The notes beneath the pieces are model-generated. The model searched no databases. It saw only the letters and a list, made by a program, of their open reading frames with translations, and had not been told where the DNA came from. From Candidatus Woesearchaeota archaeon (GTDB taxonomy: Archaea; Nanobdellota; Nanobdellia; Woesearchaeales; UBA9642), in NCBI GenBank assembly GCA_003599145.1, contig QZIT01000005.1, forward strand, positions 512,330 to 576,329: a DNA stretch of 64,000 bases. Direction: 5' to 3'. The position numbers and the translations under genes are program-made. Shown one piece after another: positions 27,227 through 37,245 of this stretch; position 1 is the first letter of the stretch, and each line of letters starts with the position of its first letter.

Positions 27227-27656
27227 AGAGTTTGGAAAGCCAGAAGAAAACAACAAGCTGTGGAGTACGTTTGCAGAGCTTGAATTGCTTGTTGAGGGTA
27301 TAGAAAAATTCGTCTACATCTGCGTCAACTTCACGCCATCATCGATAGAAATTCTCGAACCAAAAGAATTGACGTTTACTGATAAAAACATGACCGACTG
27401 GCTCAATGAGCTTCTTTCGTTAATGCATGAGATAGGTATGAATTACAAGGAAACGAAAATAAACAACGAGCTTTACTTGAAAAGCATGAATGCGCTAGTA
27501 AGAAACTGCGTCCTGCTTGCACTCGAGAAGCCCTTAGCCGCAAGAGACTTAAGCAAAAAAACAGGCGTGGACGAAAAAACGCTCACTCCTTTTTTGGAAG
27601 CAATGGAAAAAGAAAAAAGAATACATAAACAGGGAGCGCTGTATGCAAAAAAATGA
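27063..27656 (+). CDS. hypothetical protein upstream of and coupled to scpB (candidate kleisin-like partner, unproven)
   Basis: 197 aa; 14-nt overlap with scpB start; overlaps upstream gene tail by 164 nt. Confidence 0.4.
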   Translation: MSMPNINIKEKIENGWVRSNIIFEVVGNPKEHVAKTLQGYIENLKKNKGIIVLHEEFGKPEENNKLWSTFAELELLVEGIEKFVYICVNFTPSSIEILEPKELTFTDKNMTDWLNELLSLMHEIGMNYKETKINNELYLKSMNALVRNCVLLALEKPLAARDLSKKTGVDEKTLTPFLEAMEKEKRIHKQGALYAKK

Positions 27657-28755
27657 TTTAAAAAATAAAATTGAAGCACTACTGTTCAGCTCTGGAAAAT
27701 TCATGACAGAGGAAAATTTATCATTACTCATAGGAGCAGATATCCGAGAAGTCAAAAAAACAGTGAGAGATCTAGAAAAAGAGTATGCTGAAAGAGACCA
27801 CAGCTTGATGCTTGTACAGGAAGGTGACAGCTGGAAAATCAACGTCAGAGAACTTTATCTTGATTTAGTGAGAAAAATAGTTGCAGACACTGAACTGCCA
27901 AAGGGAGTTTTGGAAACCCTTGCAGTCATTGCATGGAAGAGTCCCATACTGCAGAGTGAAGTGGTGAGAATCAGGAGTAATAAAGCCTATGAGCACATTG
28001 CGCAACTGGAAGAAATGGGCTTCGTCATCAAAGATAAATTCGGCAGGAGCTTTAAGATAAAAGTAACGGAGAAGTTCTTTGAATATTTTGATGTTTCGGG
28101 AAAGAATTTAAAAGAAGTTTTTAAGGACGCAAAAATGCCTGAAAAACAGGCAACGTTAGATGGACAGCCAGAAGAAGTCACACCTTCTGATACTGAACAA
28201 CCAGAACCAACAGTTGAACCTGAAAAAGAATTTGCAGACGAAGTTGAAAAAATGCAGGAAGAAGAAATTGAAGCAGAAGAAACTCCTGCTCAAGAAAAGG
28301 AACCTGTGAAAGAAAGAACTAAACCAGTAAAAAATCGAGAAGAAGCTGAGGACGAGGAAAAAGAGACAGAAGGAAGCGAAGAAGAAACAGAAGTTGAAAT
28401 TCCTAAACAAAGAGAAAAAATGCCTGAAAAAAAAGAAAGTTTCAAGGAAGCAACGAGAAGAGCACCTCCAAAAATGGAGGGAAAAATCATCAAAACTGCA
28501 AAACAGAAAGTTCCTAAAAAAAGTATAAGGGAAGTAGAAAAATCAGGAAAAGATAAAAGAGAGGAAGAAAAGATAAAAAAAGGCGATAAGACAAAAGAAA
28601 AAAAGATTAGACTTCAGGAGAAAACATTGCCTTTAAAAAAAGCAAAAAAAAATTCAAAATCACCTAAAAAAATAATAAAAAATGCTAAAAGTAAGCTGCC
28701 CAAAGTGCAAAAACGCAATGTTATACCAGCCAAAAAAAGGAAGCTTAGGCGATAA
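27643..28755 (+). CDS. scpB: segregation and condensation protein B-like with long Lys/Glu-rich C-terminal tail
   Basis: 370 aa; N-terminal IEALLFSSGKFMTEENLSLL...VLETLAVIAWKSPILQSEV winged helices typical of ScpB; residues ~170-370 low-complexity K/E. Confidence 0.65.
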   Translation: MQKNDLKNKIEALLFSSGKFMTEENLSLLIGADIREVKKTVRDLEKEYAERDHSLMLVQEGDSWKINVRELYLDLVRKIVADTELPKGVLETLAVIAWKSPILQSEVVRIRSNKAYEHIAQLEEMGFVIKDKFGRSFKIKVTEKFFEYFDVSGKNLKEVFKDAKMPEKQATLDGQPEEVTPSDTEQPEPTVEPEKEFADEVEKMQEEEIEAEETPAQEKEPVKERTKPVKNREEAEDEEKETEGSEEETEVEIPKQREKMPEKKESFKEATRRAPPKMEGKIIKTAKQKVPKKSIREVEKSGKDKREEEKIKKGDKTKEKKIRLQEKTLPLKKAKKNSKSPKKIIKNAKSKLPKVQKRNVIPAKKRKLRR

Positions 28756-28840
28756 AGTAAAAAAATGCGTTTATTGCGGCCATTCCTTTAAAGTGCATAG
28801 CAATTTAGAAAAAAGCAGAATTGTTAAGATAATGCGATAG
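28682..28840 (+). CDS. small zinc-ribbon protein (52 aa; CPKC...CVYCGH)
   Basis: MLKVSCPKCKNAMLYQPKKGSLGDKVKKCVYCGHSFKVHSNLEKSRIVKIMR in alternate frame over end of scpB; not in ORF track (<60 aa). Confidence 0.3.
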   Translation: MLKVSCPKCKNAMLYQPKKGSLGDKVKKCVYCGHSFKVHSNLEKSRIVKIMR

Positions 28841-29405
28841 ACAATAATTTCTTCTTGCACGTGCAACCGCTTCCTAAATGAAAGACGGCAAGTTCCTTGC
28901 AGCGCTGTTTCTCAGGAAAGCGTTCCGCTTCAGCTTCACAACACTGCAGAGTTATGTGCGGCCAGTAGTTTTCAAAAGCATAGTCATCAGCGTAGCGTTC
29001 AACGACACTCAATGCATGTTCACTTACCGGCTCTAAAAACATCTCTTGCACAGGACGAATGAACAAAGGCTTGAGACCCGTCACGAGAAACTCATGAAGT
29101 CTTTGAAGTTCAGGAGAGTTTTGTATGCATAAGGATGATTCTTTTTTTTCTCGCTGGTACTTGAATTTGTCGACAGAAACCAAAATGCTTCCTGTACTGC
29201 GCGCTGCTTGGCCTATGAGGTCCTGGACGGCAGAAAGGTCTTTTTCATCAATACTTCCTAAAGCGAGCGAGATGTGAGGCAGGTTTTCCTGCATGTTTAA
29301 ATGTCGTATGCCTTTCCCGTTTTTCCACGCTAGTTCATTTAATGAAATGCTGAAGTCTCTCAATGCGTCAGGGGGGATCAAAACAACGCCTATTGCAAGA
29401 GCCAT
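28824..29405 (-). CDS. 2H phosphoesterase superfamily protein (LigT/2'-5' RNA ligase-like)
   Basis: 193 aa; two H-x-T/S-x motifs PHISLA and PHITLQ. Confidence 0.6.
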   Translation of the reverse strand: MALAIGVVLIPPDALRDFSISLNELAWKNGKGIRHLNMQENLPHISLALGSIDEKDLSAVQDLIGQAARSTGSILVSVDKFKYQREKKESSLCIQNSPELQRLHEFLVTGLKPLFIRPVQEMFLEPVSEHALSVVERYADDYAFENYWPHITLQCCEAEAERFPEKQRCKELAVFHLGSGCTCKKKLLSIALS

Positions 29406-29435
29406 AGTTCGCAGAAAGAGACAATGTTTAAAAAG

Positions 29436-30512
29436 CTATCTTCCATAGATCTGCTGCATAAATGATGTAACCATGTCTATTTTTTTCTCAACCAAAGAGT
29501 CGCTATCAGCGTAATGATGCTCACCAAGAATATATGCAAACGTTTCCGCAAGGTCTTCCTTGACGCTGGACTCCTCTGATGAAGGATGAGGGTTTTCCAA
29601 TCCAAAGGTTACGGTCAAAATAGTCTGATCAATAATCTGGTAACGTTCGAGGGTATATTTGCGAAGGTGAACGTCTTTTCCAAACTCGCGCCCCAATATG
29701 AAAATGCTGTCCCGTTCGACAGCCGTTATTCCTCCTGCGAGCGAAGCTTGCATGTAGGGCAATACCGAGGGAATCACTAAAGAACTGTCCTGCAGAGATT
29801 GCAAAAACTGAGCATAATCCAGCACACTAAACGTGTTGTTTAAAGACTGAATAAAGCAATCATTAACCTCTCGCAGCTCTGCAAGTTTCGCAAAAGCCTG
29901 TTGATAGTAGACTTCTTTTTGATCGTAAAGCAAATCGCCGTAATACTGCATATACCTTCCATTGTCAGCGTAACTGCTGACGAATCCAATCTGCCTTTCT
30001 CGCAAAGCAGGGTCATACAAAGGAACTTGTTTATTGAGTTCGGCAAAAGAGGATTTTAATCGCTGAACATGGGCAAATTCTGCAGATGCGCTGTCAAACC
30101 GGTCAAGAAAATAATGAGCGCACTCATGGGCAATCACATCGTCGTAATTTCTGATGACTTCTGTAGGGTCTCGTCCTCGAAAATAGTCTATGGTTTCAGA
30201 AGGGACTAGTTTAATAAGAAAATCTGCAGGGCCTCGCTTTATTTTCAGACCAGAGGCAAAGCGAGATTCCGCAATAGTATCAACTTTTTCGATGGTAAGC
30301 TCGCCTGGAGTGAATGCTTTAGGATAAGCGTCAGAAATAGTTTCCACAACACACTCTAGCAAGGACGTTTCATGAGAAGTAAATTCGCCAACAAGATCAA
30401 TGCCGTGCCTCAGTTCAAAAGAAGTGGTCTTTCCTACTTCATAAGGAGCTGCCGCCATGTTGAGCGCTGCAATGAAAGGCAGCGCCAATTTGGCTAAAAC
30501 AGTGCTTTTCAT
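29436..30512 (-). CDS. secreted putative zinc metallopeptidase (HExxH)
   Basis: 358 aa; signal peptide ALPFIAALNMAAAP; IAHECAHYFLD zincin motif. Confidence 0.5.
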   Translation of the reverse strand: MKSTVLAKLALPFIAALNMAAAPYEVGKTTSFELRHGIDLVGEFTSHETSLLECVVETISDAYPKAFTPGELTIEKVDTIAESRFASGLKIKRGPADFLIKLVPSETIDYFRGRDPTEVIRNYDDVIAHECAHYFLDRFDSASAEFAHVQRLKSSFAELNKQVPLYDPALRERQIGFVSSYADNGRYMQYYGDLLYDQKEVYYQQAFAKLAELREVNDCFIQSLNNTFSVLDYAQFLQSLQDSSLVIPSVLPYMQASLAGGITAVERDSIFILGREFGKDVHLRKYTLERYQIIDQTILTVTFGLENPHPSSEESSVKEDLAETFAYILGEHHYADSDSLVEKKIDMVTSFMQQIYGR

Positions 30513-30702
30513 AAGCTTGAGAAATAACAGAAACTATAAATATATTACTGTAAAGTGATTATCTTTAAGCGAAAAGACACGGCAAAACCGTAACCTTTAA
30601 AAGTGCAGAATTCTGCATTTATAGCGCCTATAAAGCCATTTCAATAATCAAAAAACTTATAAATAACCGCCTATTCTGAAACAGAGAGGAGATTCTAAAA
30701 AA

Positions 30703-33147
30703 ATGGATGATAATGCAAAGCATAGTGCGAAAAATCACGAGCAAAATAGCAGGATTATTCCCCAAGTTATTGAAGATGAGATGAAAAAGGCATATCTAGA
30801 TTATGCCATGTCTGTTATTGTGGGAAGGGCATTGCCTGATGTGAGAGACGGATTAAAACCAGTCCATAGAAGGATTCTTTACGGCATGAGCGATTTGGGA
30901 TTGCAAAGCTCTAAAACATTTAAAAAATGCGCAAGAATAGTAGGAGAAATCTTAGGAAAATATCATCCGCATGGTGATGTCGCTGTTTATGATTCCTTGG
31001 TCAGAATGGCGCAGGATTTTTCTCTGCGATATCCTCTAGTGCACGGTCAGGGAAATTTTGGTTCTATAGATGGAGACCCTCCTGCAGCAATGAGGTATAC
31101 CGAAGCAAAGTTAACCAAATTGAGTGAAGAAATTTTGGAAGACTTAGAAAAAGAAACAGTAGACTTTGTTCCTAATTTTGATGATTCCTTAAAAGAACCA
31201 ACAGTCTTACCATCGAAGATTCCTAATCTTTTGATTAACGGAAGCTCGGGCATTGCCGTAGGCATGGCAACCAATATACCACCCCATAACATGACAGAAG
31301 TCTGCAGTGCAGTTATTGCATTGATCCGCAATCCAGATATGTCACTATCAGAATTATTAACCTACGTTAAAGGCCCTGATTTTCCTACTGGGGCAGAAAT
31401 TGCAGGCAGAAGCGGCATCATAAAAGCGTATGGAACAGGACACGGCATTATCACGGTAAAAGCAAAGATGCACGTAGAGGATAAAAAAGGAAGAAAAGTC
31501 ATCATCGTTACAGAAATTCCCTATCAGCTCAATAAATCTTTATTAATAGAGCAAATTGCAGAGCTTGTAAAAGATAAAAAAATTCCGGACATCAGCGATT
31601 TAAGAGATGAAAGCGCGAAAAAAGGAGTACGCATTGTTATAGAATTAAAAAAAGACGCAAATGCAGAAGTAGTCCAGAATTTACTGTACACCCATTCAAA
31701 ACTGCAATCAAACTTTAGCATCATTTTTCTCGCCTTAGTCAACAACGAGCCGAAAGTGCTCCCTTTGAAAGATTGCTTGGTACATTTCCTGCATCACCGG
31801 CAATCTGTTGTAAGAAAAAGAACAGAATATGATTTGAAAAAGGCAAAAGAAAGAGCACATCTTCTCGAAGGGTTATTAATTGCCCTTCACCATATCGATC
31901 CTGTTATTGCATTGATTAAAAAATCTGCAAACGCCGACGAAGCAAAAACAGGATTGATAAAAGTATATGCGCTGACAGAAATTCAAAGCCAGGCAATTTT
32001 AGATATGAGACTGCAAAGGCTTGCTGTTTTAGAGCAGGAAAAAATCAAAACAGAGCATACAGATTTACTCGTCCAGATAAAAAGCTATCAGGAAATCTTG
32101 GCAGATGAACAGAAAATACTGGGCATTATCAAATCAGAATTAGAAGAAATACGGCAAAAATATGGAGACAACAGACTCACCAGCATCTCTGACAGCGAAG
32201 AACTCTTAGATATGGAAGATTTAATTGCTGATGAACCTGTTGTAGTTACCGTTACTCGCTCAGGATATATCAAAAGAATGCTCTTGGAAACCTATAAAGT
32301 GCAGAAGAGAGGTGGAAAGGGAGTAACAGGAGCTGAAACAAAAGAAGAAGACCAAGTTGAGCAGTTATTTGTAAGCAACAATCATGCGTATTTACTCGTG
32401 TTTACCAATACAGGACAGATGCATTGGCTGAAGGTTTATCAAATTCCAGAAGCAGGAAGATATGCCATGGGAAAAGCCATTGTGAATCTGTTAGCATTAA
32501 AAGATGAAAAAATAAAAACAATTATTCCTGTTAAAGAATTTGATGACAAACATTTTTTGGTGTTAGTAACCAAAAAAGGACTGATTAAGAAAACAAATTT
32601 GTCTTCCTATGCAAGACCAAGAAAAGGAGGCATTATTGGCATCGATATTCAGGAAAATGATGCGCTGGTTAATGCATTATTAACGGATGGCACTAAACAA
32701 ATTTTAATTGCCACTAAAAATGGACTCGCAGTGAAGTTTGAAGAATCTGATGTTAGAGCAGTGGGAAGAAATGCAAAAGGAGTTACAGGAGTAAGGTTAA
32801 AAGATCACGATGAAGTTATGGGAATGGTTATTGCAGATGACCAGAAAAAATTATTGACCATTACAGAGAACGGCTACGGAAAACGAACCATGATTTCAGA
32901 ATACCGCCTGATTAATAGAGGAGGAACTGGAGTTATTAACATTCAGTGCACCGAAAGAAACGGAAAAGTAGCTGCAATCAAAGAAGTCAATGATGTCGAT
33001 GAACTGATGTTTATCAGCAAAAAAGGCATTATTATCAGAACGCTTGCAAGCCACATTTCTGTTATTGGAAGAAACACGCAAGGAGTTAGGTTGATGAAGT
33101 TACAAGCAGACGATAAAGTTGTTGCTGCTGCAAAGATTGTCAACTAA
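30703..33147 (+). CDS. gyrA: DNA gyrase subunit A
   Basis: 814 aa; [28 protein letters not shown] active-site region, C-terminal beta-pinwheel repeats; GAGGAG SD. Confidence 0.92.
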   Translation: MDDNAKHSAKNHEQNSRIIPQVIEDEMKKAYLDYAMSVIVGRALPDVRDGLKPVHRRILYGMSDLGLQSSKTFKKCARIVGEILGKYHPHGDVAVYDSLVRMAQDFSLRYPLVHGQGNFGSIDGDPPAAMRYTEAKLTKLSEEILEDLEKETVDFVPNFDDSLKEPTVLPSKIPNLLINGSSGIAVGMATNIPPHNMTEVCSAVIALIRNPDMSLSELLTYVKGPDFPTGAEIAGRSGIIKAYGTGHGIITVKAKMHVEDKKGRKVIIVTEIPYQLNKSLLIEQIAELVKDKKIPDISDLRDESAKKGVRIVIELKKDANAEVVQNLLYTHSKLQSNFSIIFLALVNNEPKVLPLKDCLVHFLHHRQSVVRKRTEYDLKKAKERAHLLEGLLIALHHIDPVIALIKKSANADEAKTGLIKVYALTEIQSQAILDMRLQRLAVLEQEKIKTEHTDLLVQIKSYQEILADEQKILGIIKSELEEIRQKYGDNRLTSISDSEELLDMEDLIADEPVVVTVTRSGYIKRMLLETYKVQKRGGKGVTGAETKEEDQVEQLFVSNNHAYLLVFTNTGQMHWLKVYQIPEAGRYAMGKAIVNLLALKDEKIKTIIPVKEFDDKHFLVLVTKKGLIKKTNLSSYARPRKGGIIGIDIQENDALVNALLTDGTKQILIATKNGLAVKFEESDVRAVGRNAKGVTGVRLKDHDEVMGMVIADDQKKLLTITENGYGKRTMISEYRLINRGGTGVINIQCTERNGKVAAIKEVNDVDELMFISKKGIIIRTLASHISVIGRNTQGVRLMKLQADDKVVAAAKIVN

Positions 33148-34370
33148 GCGCATAACTGAGAAACCCACTCACTGTATTTCGAATAGTACATTCTCACAAG
33201 CGCTTGCTTTTCTGCATCAGAAGTTATTTGCGATGGCTTTGGCCTATTTAATGCCCATCGGTGCAAATCCGCCCCCCAAATAAAGCCTGCGCCAAAAGCA
33301 ACTTTTGCAAGCAATCTTCCGGGATAAAGATGACCGCCCACATGTAACTCATCTTGAGCAACCATATAGGTTCCCAAAGAATTGTTGCCGTATTTCTTTA
33401 TTCCTTCTGCATAGACTTGTTCAGGGGCAAAAGGCGTTCTTTTTCTTACTGCGTCAACAATTCTCCAATTTGCCTGATGAGGGTCTATCATCATTTGCGA
33501 GTATTCAGGACTTGATTTGTCAATATGTTCTTGCTCTACAATCTTTTCAAAAGCTTCTGTCATCATTCTCACTGCTGGTTTAAAGACAACCTGTCCATCC
33601 ATGTGAAAATCAGGCCTCTTTACCTGTGCTTCATGCCCGCCATAAGTCAAGTTTCCATCGACGCTAGAAAACTGAGGTCCTACTCCTGATTTCCACCAAA
33701 GATTAGGTCCTAAAGAACCGTCTGCATTAAGGTAACATCCCAAGAATCCGTATTTTTTTTCTAAAACCGTTTGGTCAAGTGAAAATTGCAATACTGCAGC
33801 GCCAACACCATCAGACAAGAGAATGCATGTTGCCCTGTCTTTATAATTTAAAACATGTGATAAAGTATCTCCTGCAAGAACCAGCACTTTAAAGTTTAAA
33901 ACATCGTGAGGAATTTCCTCTTCAGGATTTCTCATTAGGTGTGCATAAAGTTTTCCTGCGAGCGCATTATAACCTGCGCTTTCTGCAATAATGCCTCCTG
34001 TACAACCTCCGTTTTGGTCGTGTGCAGGACATTCTGCTCCCAATAAATACTGGACAATGGTTGCGTTATCAGGAACTGCAAATGTGCCTGATTTATGATT
34101 TGCAAAAATAATCAACCCTATATCTTTGGCAGTGAGACCTGCACTCTTTAATGCCACATGGCCTGCTACAGCTCCTAAAACAGGCAGAGGTTCATACTGA
34201 GTGCTTATAGCTCGCTCGCTAATTCCTGTTCGTTCAATGATCCAATCATTACTGGTATCGACCATTTTTTCTAAATCAGGATTAGAAAGTCTATGGGGTG
34301 GAACCGCGCTTCCTGTGCCAGAAATAATAATTCTAGGTAGTTGTTGAGTGTACACCATAGCAAACCTCAA
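33144..34370 (-). CDS. 3-oxoacyl-ACP synthase III (FabH)-like thiolase-fold condensing enzyme, extended form
   Basis: 408 aa; [14 protein letters not shown] (FabH HQAN-RI motif), active-site Cys region, GxGF C-terminus; 4-nt overlap with gyrA stop. Confidence 0.7.
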   Translation of the reverse strand: MRFAMVYTQQLPRIIISGTGSAVPPHRLSNPDLEKMVDTSNDWIIERTGISERAISTQYEPLPVLGAVAGHVALKSAGLTAKDIGLIIFANHKSGTFAVPDNATIVQYLLGAECPAHDQNGGCTGGIIAESAGYNALAGKLYAHLMRNPEEEIPHDVLNFKVLVLAGDTLSHVLNYKDRATCILLSDGVGAAVLQFSLDQTVLEKKYGFLGCYLNADGSLGPNLWWKSGVGPQFSSVDGNLTYGGHEAQVKRPDFHMDGQVVFKPAVRMMTEAFEKIVEQEHIDKSSPEYSQMMIDPHQANWRIVDAVRKRTPFAPEQVYAEGIKKYGNNSLGTYMVAQDELHVGGHLYPGRLLAKVAFGAGFIWGADLHRWALNRPKPSQITSDAEKQALVRMYYSKYSEWVSQLCA

Positions 34371-34433
34371 AAAGTTGGAAAGTATTCTGTTTATATAAAT
34401 ATAATGGAAGAATAAAGGAAGAAGAGTGAATAT

Positions 34434-34459
34434 CCCTAGCCCTTTTCAGGGCTAAGGGG
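34434..34459. other. GC-rich hairpin CCCTAGCCC-TTTTCA-GGGCTAAGGGG in 284-nt intergenic spacer
   Basis: near-perfect 9-10 bp stem read directly; no flanking oligo-T run. Confidence 0.4.
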
Positions 34460-34654
34460 TGGAATTAATGAGGTTCTTCTGGAATCACTTTTCCAGTGGT
34501 TGTTTCTTCGCCTCTTTTTCCGCGGGCTTTTCTTCTGATTCCAGAGTGTGAAAGTATGTTAGTATACATAATTATATACTAATTGGCATTTGACTAATAT
34601 CATAAGTTATATATAAACCTTTCGAAAATGAATTTTTTTCCATATAGAAATAAT

Positions 34655-35542
34655 TTATAAAATTGGATAGAATTTCCTTTTTTTTCCTCTTCCATGGCTT
34701 AAATTCCAGTATTTTCTAAATTCGCAGAGTGCATGTTCAATATTTCGGAGAGATAAAAAAGGCCTGTTTGAAAGCGCTTCTTTAAAGGAAATATGCGCCC
34801 AAGCATACTGGTGAGAAAGCGCAGGAAGGACCTCTTTTTGTTTTTTGTGGAGATAAGCAATCTTTTCCATTTGTTTCTTTCTCGAAAGTTTTTCCTGAAA
34901 AATAATTTCCAAGCCCCAGACAGCTCCGGGGCCTATGTTCACAAAATCATCATCGGTCCACTTTTGCTTGAAAAATGCAAAATAGGTAAGATCTGTCCAG
35001 ATTTCATACGCTAAAAAATTGCCCACCAGAGGAATCTTTTTTATGGCTTGCAGACTCTCATAAGGAATTCGTGCATGATCTAGTTCACAGATAATCCTAT
35101 CACCATGTGCACCAACAAAAAAAACGCTCTGCAATACAGAAAGATACTTTGGTTCGCCCTGTTTTCCTGCAATTAAATAGGCGTCATTGAAAAGCGTTTT
35201 GCCTTGCTTTTGCAAAGCGATCATTTTTTTCCGCAGTGCTTCTTCGAGAGCAGTATCAAAAACAGAGAATGGCTTTATGTTCAAGGCTTCATAAAGAAGA
35301 TGTTTATTAAAGAACCTATAAAAAACCACATTAAGCAATATTTTTTTTCTGTTTCGTATATGTCTGAGCGTATCAATAATATACGCTGTGCCTTTATCTA
35401 ACTCACGATAAACGTTGCAAAACTTGTACTTTTGCAATACATCATCTTTTGTCCAAGGAGGCTTTTCCTTTAAAAAAAATCGCCTATACCAAACAACCTG
35501 TCTTCGGTAAATAAATTCAAAAAAATCACGTTCTAAAGCCAT
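34655..35542 (-). CDS. conserved hypothetical protein; N-terminal motif PPWT...YKFCNVYRELDKGT (possibly thymidine-hypermodification aGPT-Pplase-like, unverified)
   Basis: 295 aa, no TM; motif recollection only. Confidence 0.45.
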   Translation of the reverse strand: MALERDFFEFIYRRQVVWYRRFFLKEKPPWTKDDVLQKYKFCNVYRELDKGTAYIIDTLRHIRNRKKILLNVVFYRFFNKHLLYEALNIKPFSVFDTALEEALRKKMIALQKQGKTLFNDAYLIAGKQGEPKYLSVLQSVFFVGAHGDRIICELDHARIPYESLQAIKKIPLVGNFLAYEIWTDLTYFAFFKQKWTDDDFVNIGPGAVWGLEIIFQEKLSRKKQMEKIAYLHKKQKEVLPALSHQYAWAHISFKEALSNRPFLSLRNIEHALCEFRKYWNLSHGRGKKRKFYPIL

Positions 35543-35576
35543 GACAAGAGAAAGGCAATACTTTTATAAATAACCT

Positions 35577-36071
35577 TTGTTCAAAATCAGCATGCACATC
35601 AACCCATATACCCTGAAAGAAAAAGGCTGGTCTGCAAAAGAAATAGATCACGCAGCGGGCATTGTCGAAAAACACAAAAAGAAATGGGATCAGGCAGCCT
35701 ATTGGGTTTTGCTCATAGTTACGATCGTAGGAAATTTCCTGCTTTCAACAGCACTGTTGCCCATGATGCTCCTTATGAATGACTTGAGTTTTCTAGCACT
35801 GATTGGTGTTCTTGGCATTATTCTGGGAGTTTTAATAACAGGCGTCATTAAAGGAATGGACCTGCATTTTCATCATCATACCGCAATCCTCTTCATTGTT
35901 CCGCTCATAGCGTTTATCAGTTTTTTTTTCATAACCGGCACTGCCAACTTGATAGCACTGCAAACCAATATTGCTTATTATCATAATCCAGGCATTGTTG
36001 GCCTGGTGTACATTGTAGCATACTTATTGCCCTACATCCAGTTTTTGATAACAAGACACCTGACAAAATGA
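35577..36071 (+). CDS. polytopic membrane protein (4 TM), hypothetical
   Basis: 164 aa; 4-nt overlap with next gene. Confidence 0.45.
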   Translation: MFKISMHINPYTLKEKGWSAKEIDHAAGIVEKHKKKWDQAAYWVLLIVTIVGNFLLSTALLPMMLLMNDLSFLALIGVLGIILGVLITGVIKGMDLHFHHHTAILFIVPLIAFISFFFITGTANLIALQTNIAYYHNPGIVGLVYIVAYLLPYIQFLITRHLTK

Positions 36072-36457
36072 ACCTTCTTGAATGGACGAAAATATTTGTA
36101 GAGCAGAAAGACTTACTGCACCGAAAGCTTTTGAGTTCCCAAGTAAAAGAACGAACTATTTCATTTGTTTTTAAAGATAGAACGCACGAATATTTCATCG
36201 AGGAAATTCTTGATGAGCAGATACTGAAAAAAATAGAACCGCATGAATATAAAACAATAGTATGCCTGTACAAAAAAGAAAACTTGAATTTCTTGATAAA
36301 ACACTGGAAAGCAATAGCTGCCATACTCAATCTCAGTTTTATTTTTGTTGATATCGCGCAGGATAGAAAATGGATTATTAATCCTCACACACACAATAGC
36401 ATAGCAGACAACGCATCTCTAGAACTAGGCTTAAAGACGATGTTTGAGAATGCCTAA
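36068..36457 (+). CDS. hypothetical protein translationally coupled to membrane protein
   Basis: 129 aa. Confidence 0.4.
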   Translation: MNLLEWTKIFVEQKDLLHRKLLSSQVKERTISFVFKDRTHEYFIEEILDEQILKKIEPHEYKTIVCLYKKENLNFLIKHWKAIAAILNLSFIFVDIAQDRKWIINPHTHNSIADNASLELGLKTMFENA

Positions 36458-37147
36458 TTTCCATAAAAATTCAAAGTGATTTCTGTAGCTTTCTGCAACC
36501 AGTCTGTTTTTAATCACGACTGCGAAAGGATTTGCAGCCCAAAGGATAATGGCAACTTTATCGCCATAAATATTCGTGGCAACATCTGAACGATAGCTTG
36601 AGGGAAAGTATTTTATTTCTGATAAAGGTATAGCATAATCAAGCGCTTCGTGGAAAATTGCTTTGATGGCGATGTTATTTTTTTTTCTCAAAGCATCATA
36701 TTTGGGGAAGTAATACTGAACAATGTCCTTCGCTCCTTTTGCAGCCCCGAAAATATAGATTGTTTTCTTTGTTGCAATCTGGTCATCAAAAACAGATTTT
36801 AATCCCTGTTTGCCTTTGAAAAAAACAGTTTCCTGTTTTTCCTTGTTCAAGGAAAAAAGCAAAGACAACTCGGGGAGTATGTTTTTCACTGATTGTTGGG
36901 TTTCATCAATAATCTCCAACATTCTCTTTGGATCAACAGGCTGATAGTGTTTCCTATTATTTTCTGTCATATAGGAAACAAGCCCTTTTGAAATAAGTCT
37001 TTCTAATGCATCATAAACACTTCTTCTGTGCAAGCCTGATTTTTGCGCTATTTTTCCTGCAAGAGACGTTCCTAATTCCAAAAGAGCAAGATACACTTTA
37101 GATTCATTTGCAGTCATTCCTGTTCTTACCAATGCTTCAGTGTTCAT
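36431..37147 (-). CDS. TrmB-family transcriptional regulator
   Basis: ORF to 37225; plausible start MNTEALVRTGMTANESKVYLALLELGTSLAGKIAQKSGLHRRSVYDALERLISKGLV at 37147. Confidence 0.7.
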   Translation of the reverse strand: MNTEALVRTGMTANESKVYLALLELGTSLAGKIAQKSGLHRRSVYDALERLISKGLVSYMTENNRKHYQPVDPKRMLEIIDETQQSVKNILPELSLLFSLNKEKQETVFFKGKQGLKSVFDDQIATKKTIYIFGAAKGAKDIVQYYFPKYDALRKKNNIAIKAIFHEALDYAIPLSEIKYFPSSYRSDVATNIYGDKVAIILWAANPFAVVIKNRLVAESYRNHFEFLWKLGILKHRL

Positions 37148-37245
37148 AGTGTAAAAGAGCAACACCTCTATAAAAATATTGTGGTAAAATATATCACCAC
37201 AAAAATATAAATAGCTTGCGTACATTATCTATGCTAGGTGAAAAA

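Noticed and set aside
27063-27656. Calling this ORF ScpA (kleisin)
   Set aside because: The position upstream of scpB fits, but I could not see the characteristic ScpA N-terminal helix motifs. Left as hypothetical
28156-28493. Minus-strand Phe/Ser-rich ORFs
   Set aside because: Antisense of the Lys/Glu low-complexity tail of scpB (AAA/GAA repeats read as TTT/TTC)
34434-34459. Hairpin as a Rho-independent-style terminator
   Set aside because: No flanking oligo-T/oligo-A run on either strand. Archaeal terminators are typically T-tracts. Kept only as an unexplained structure
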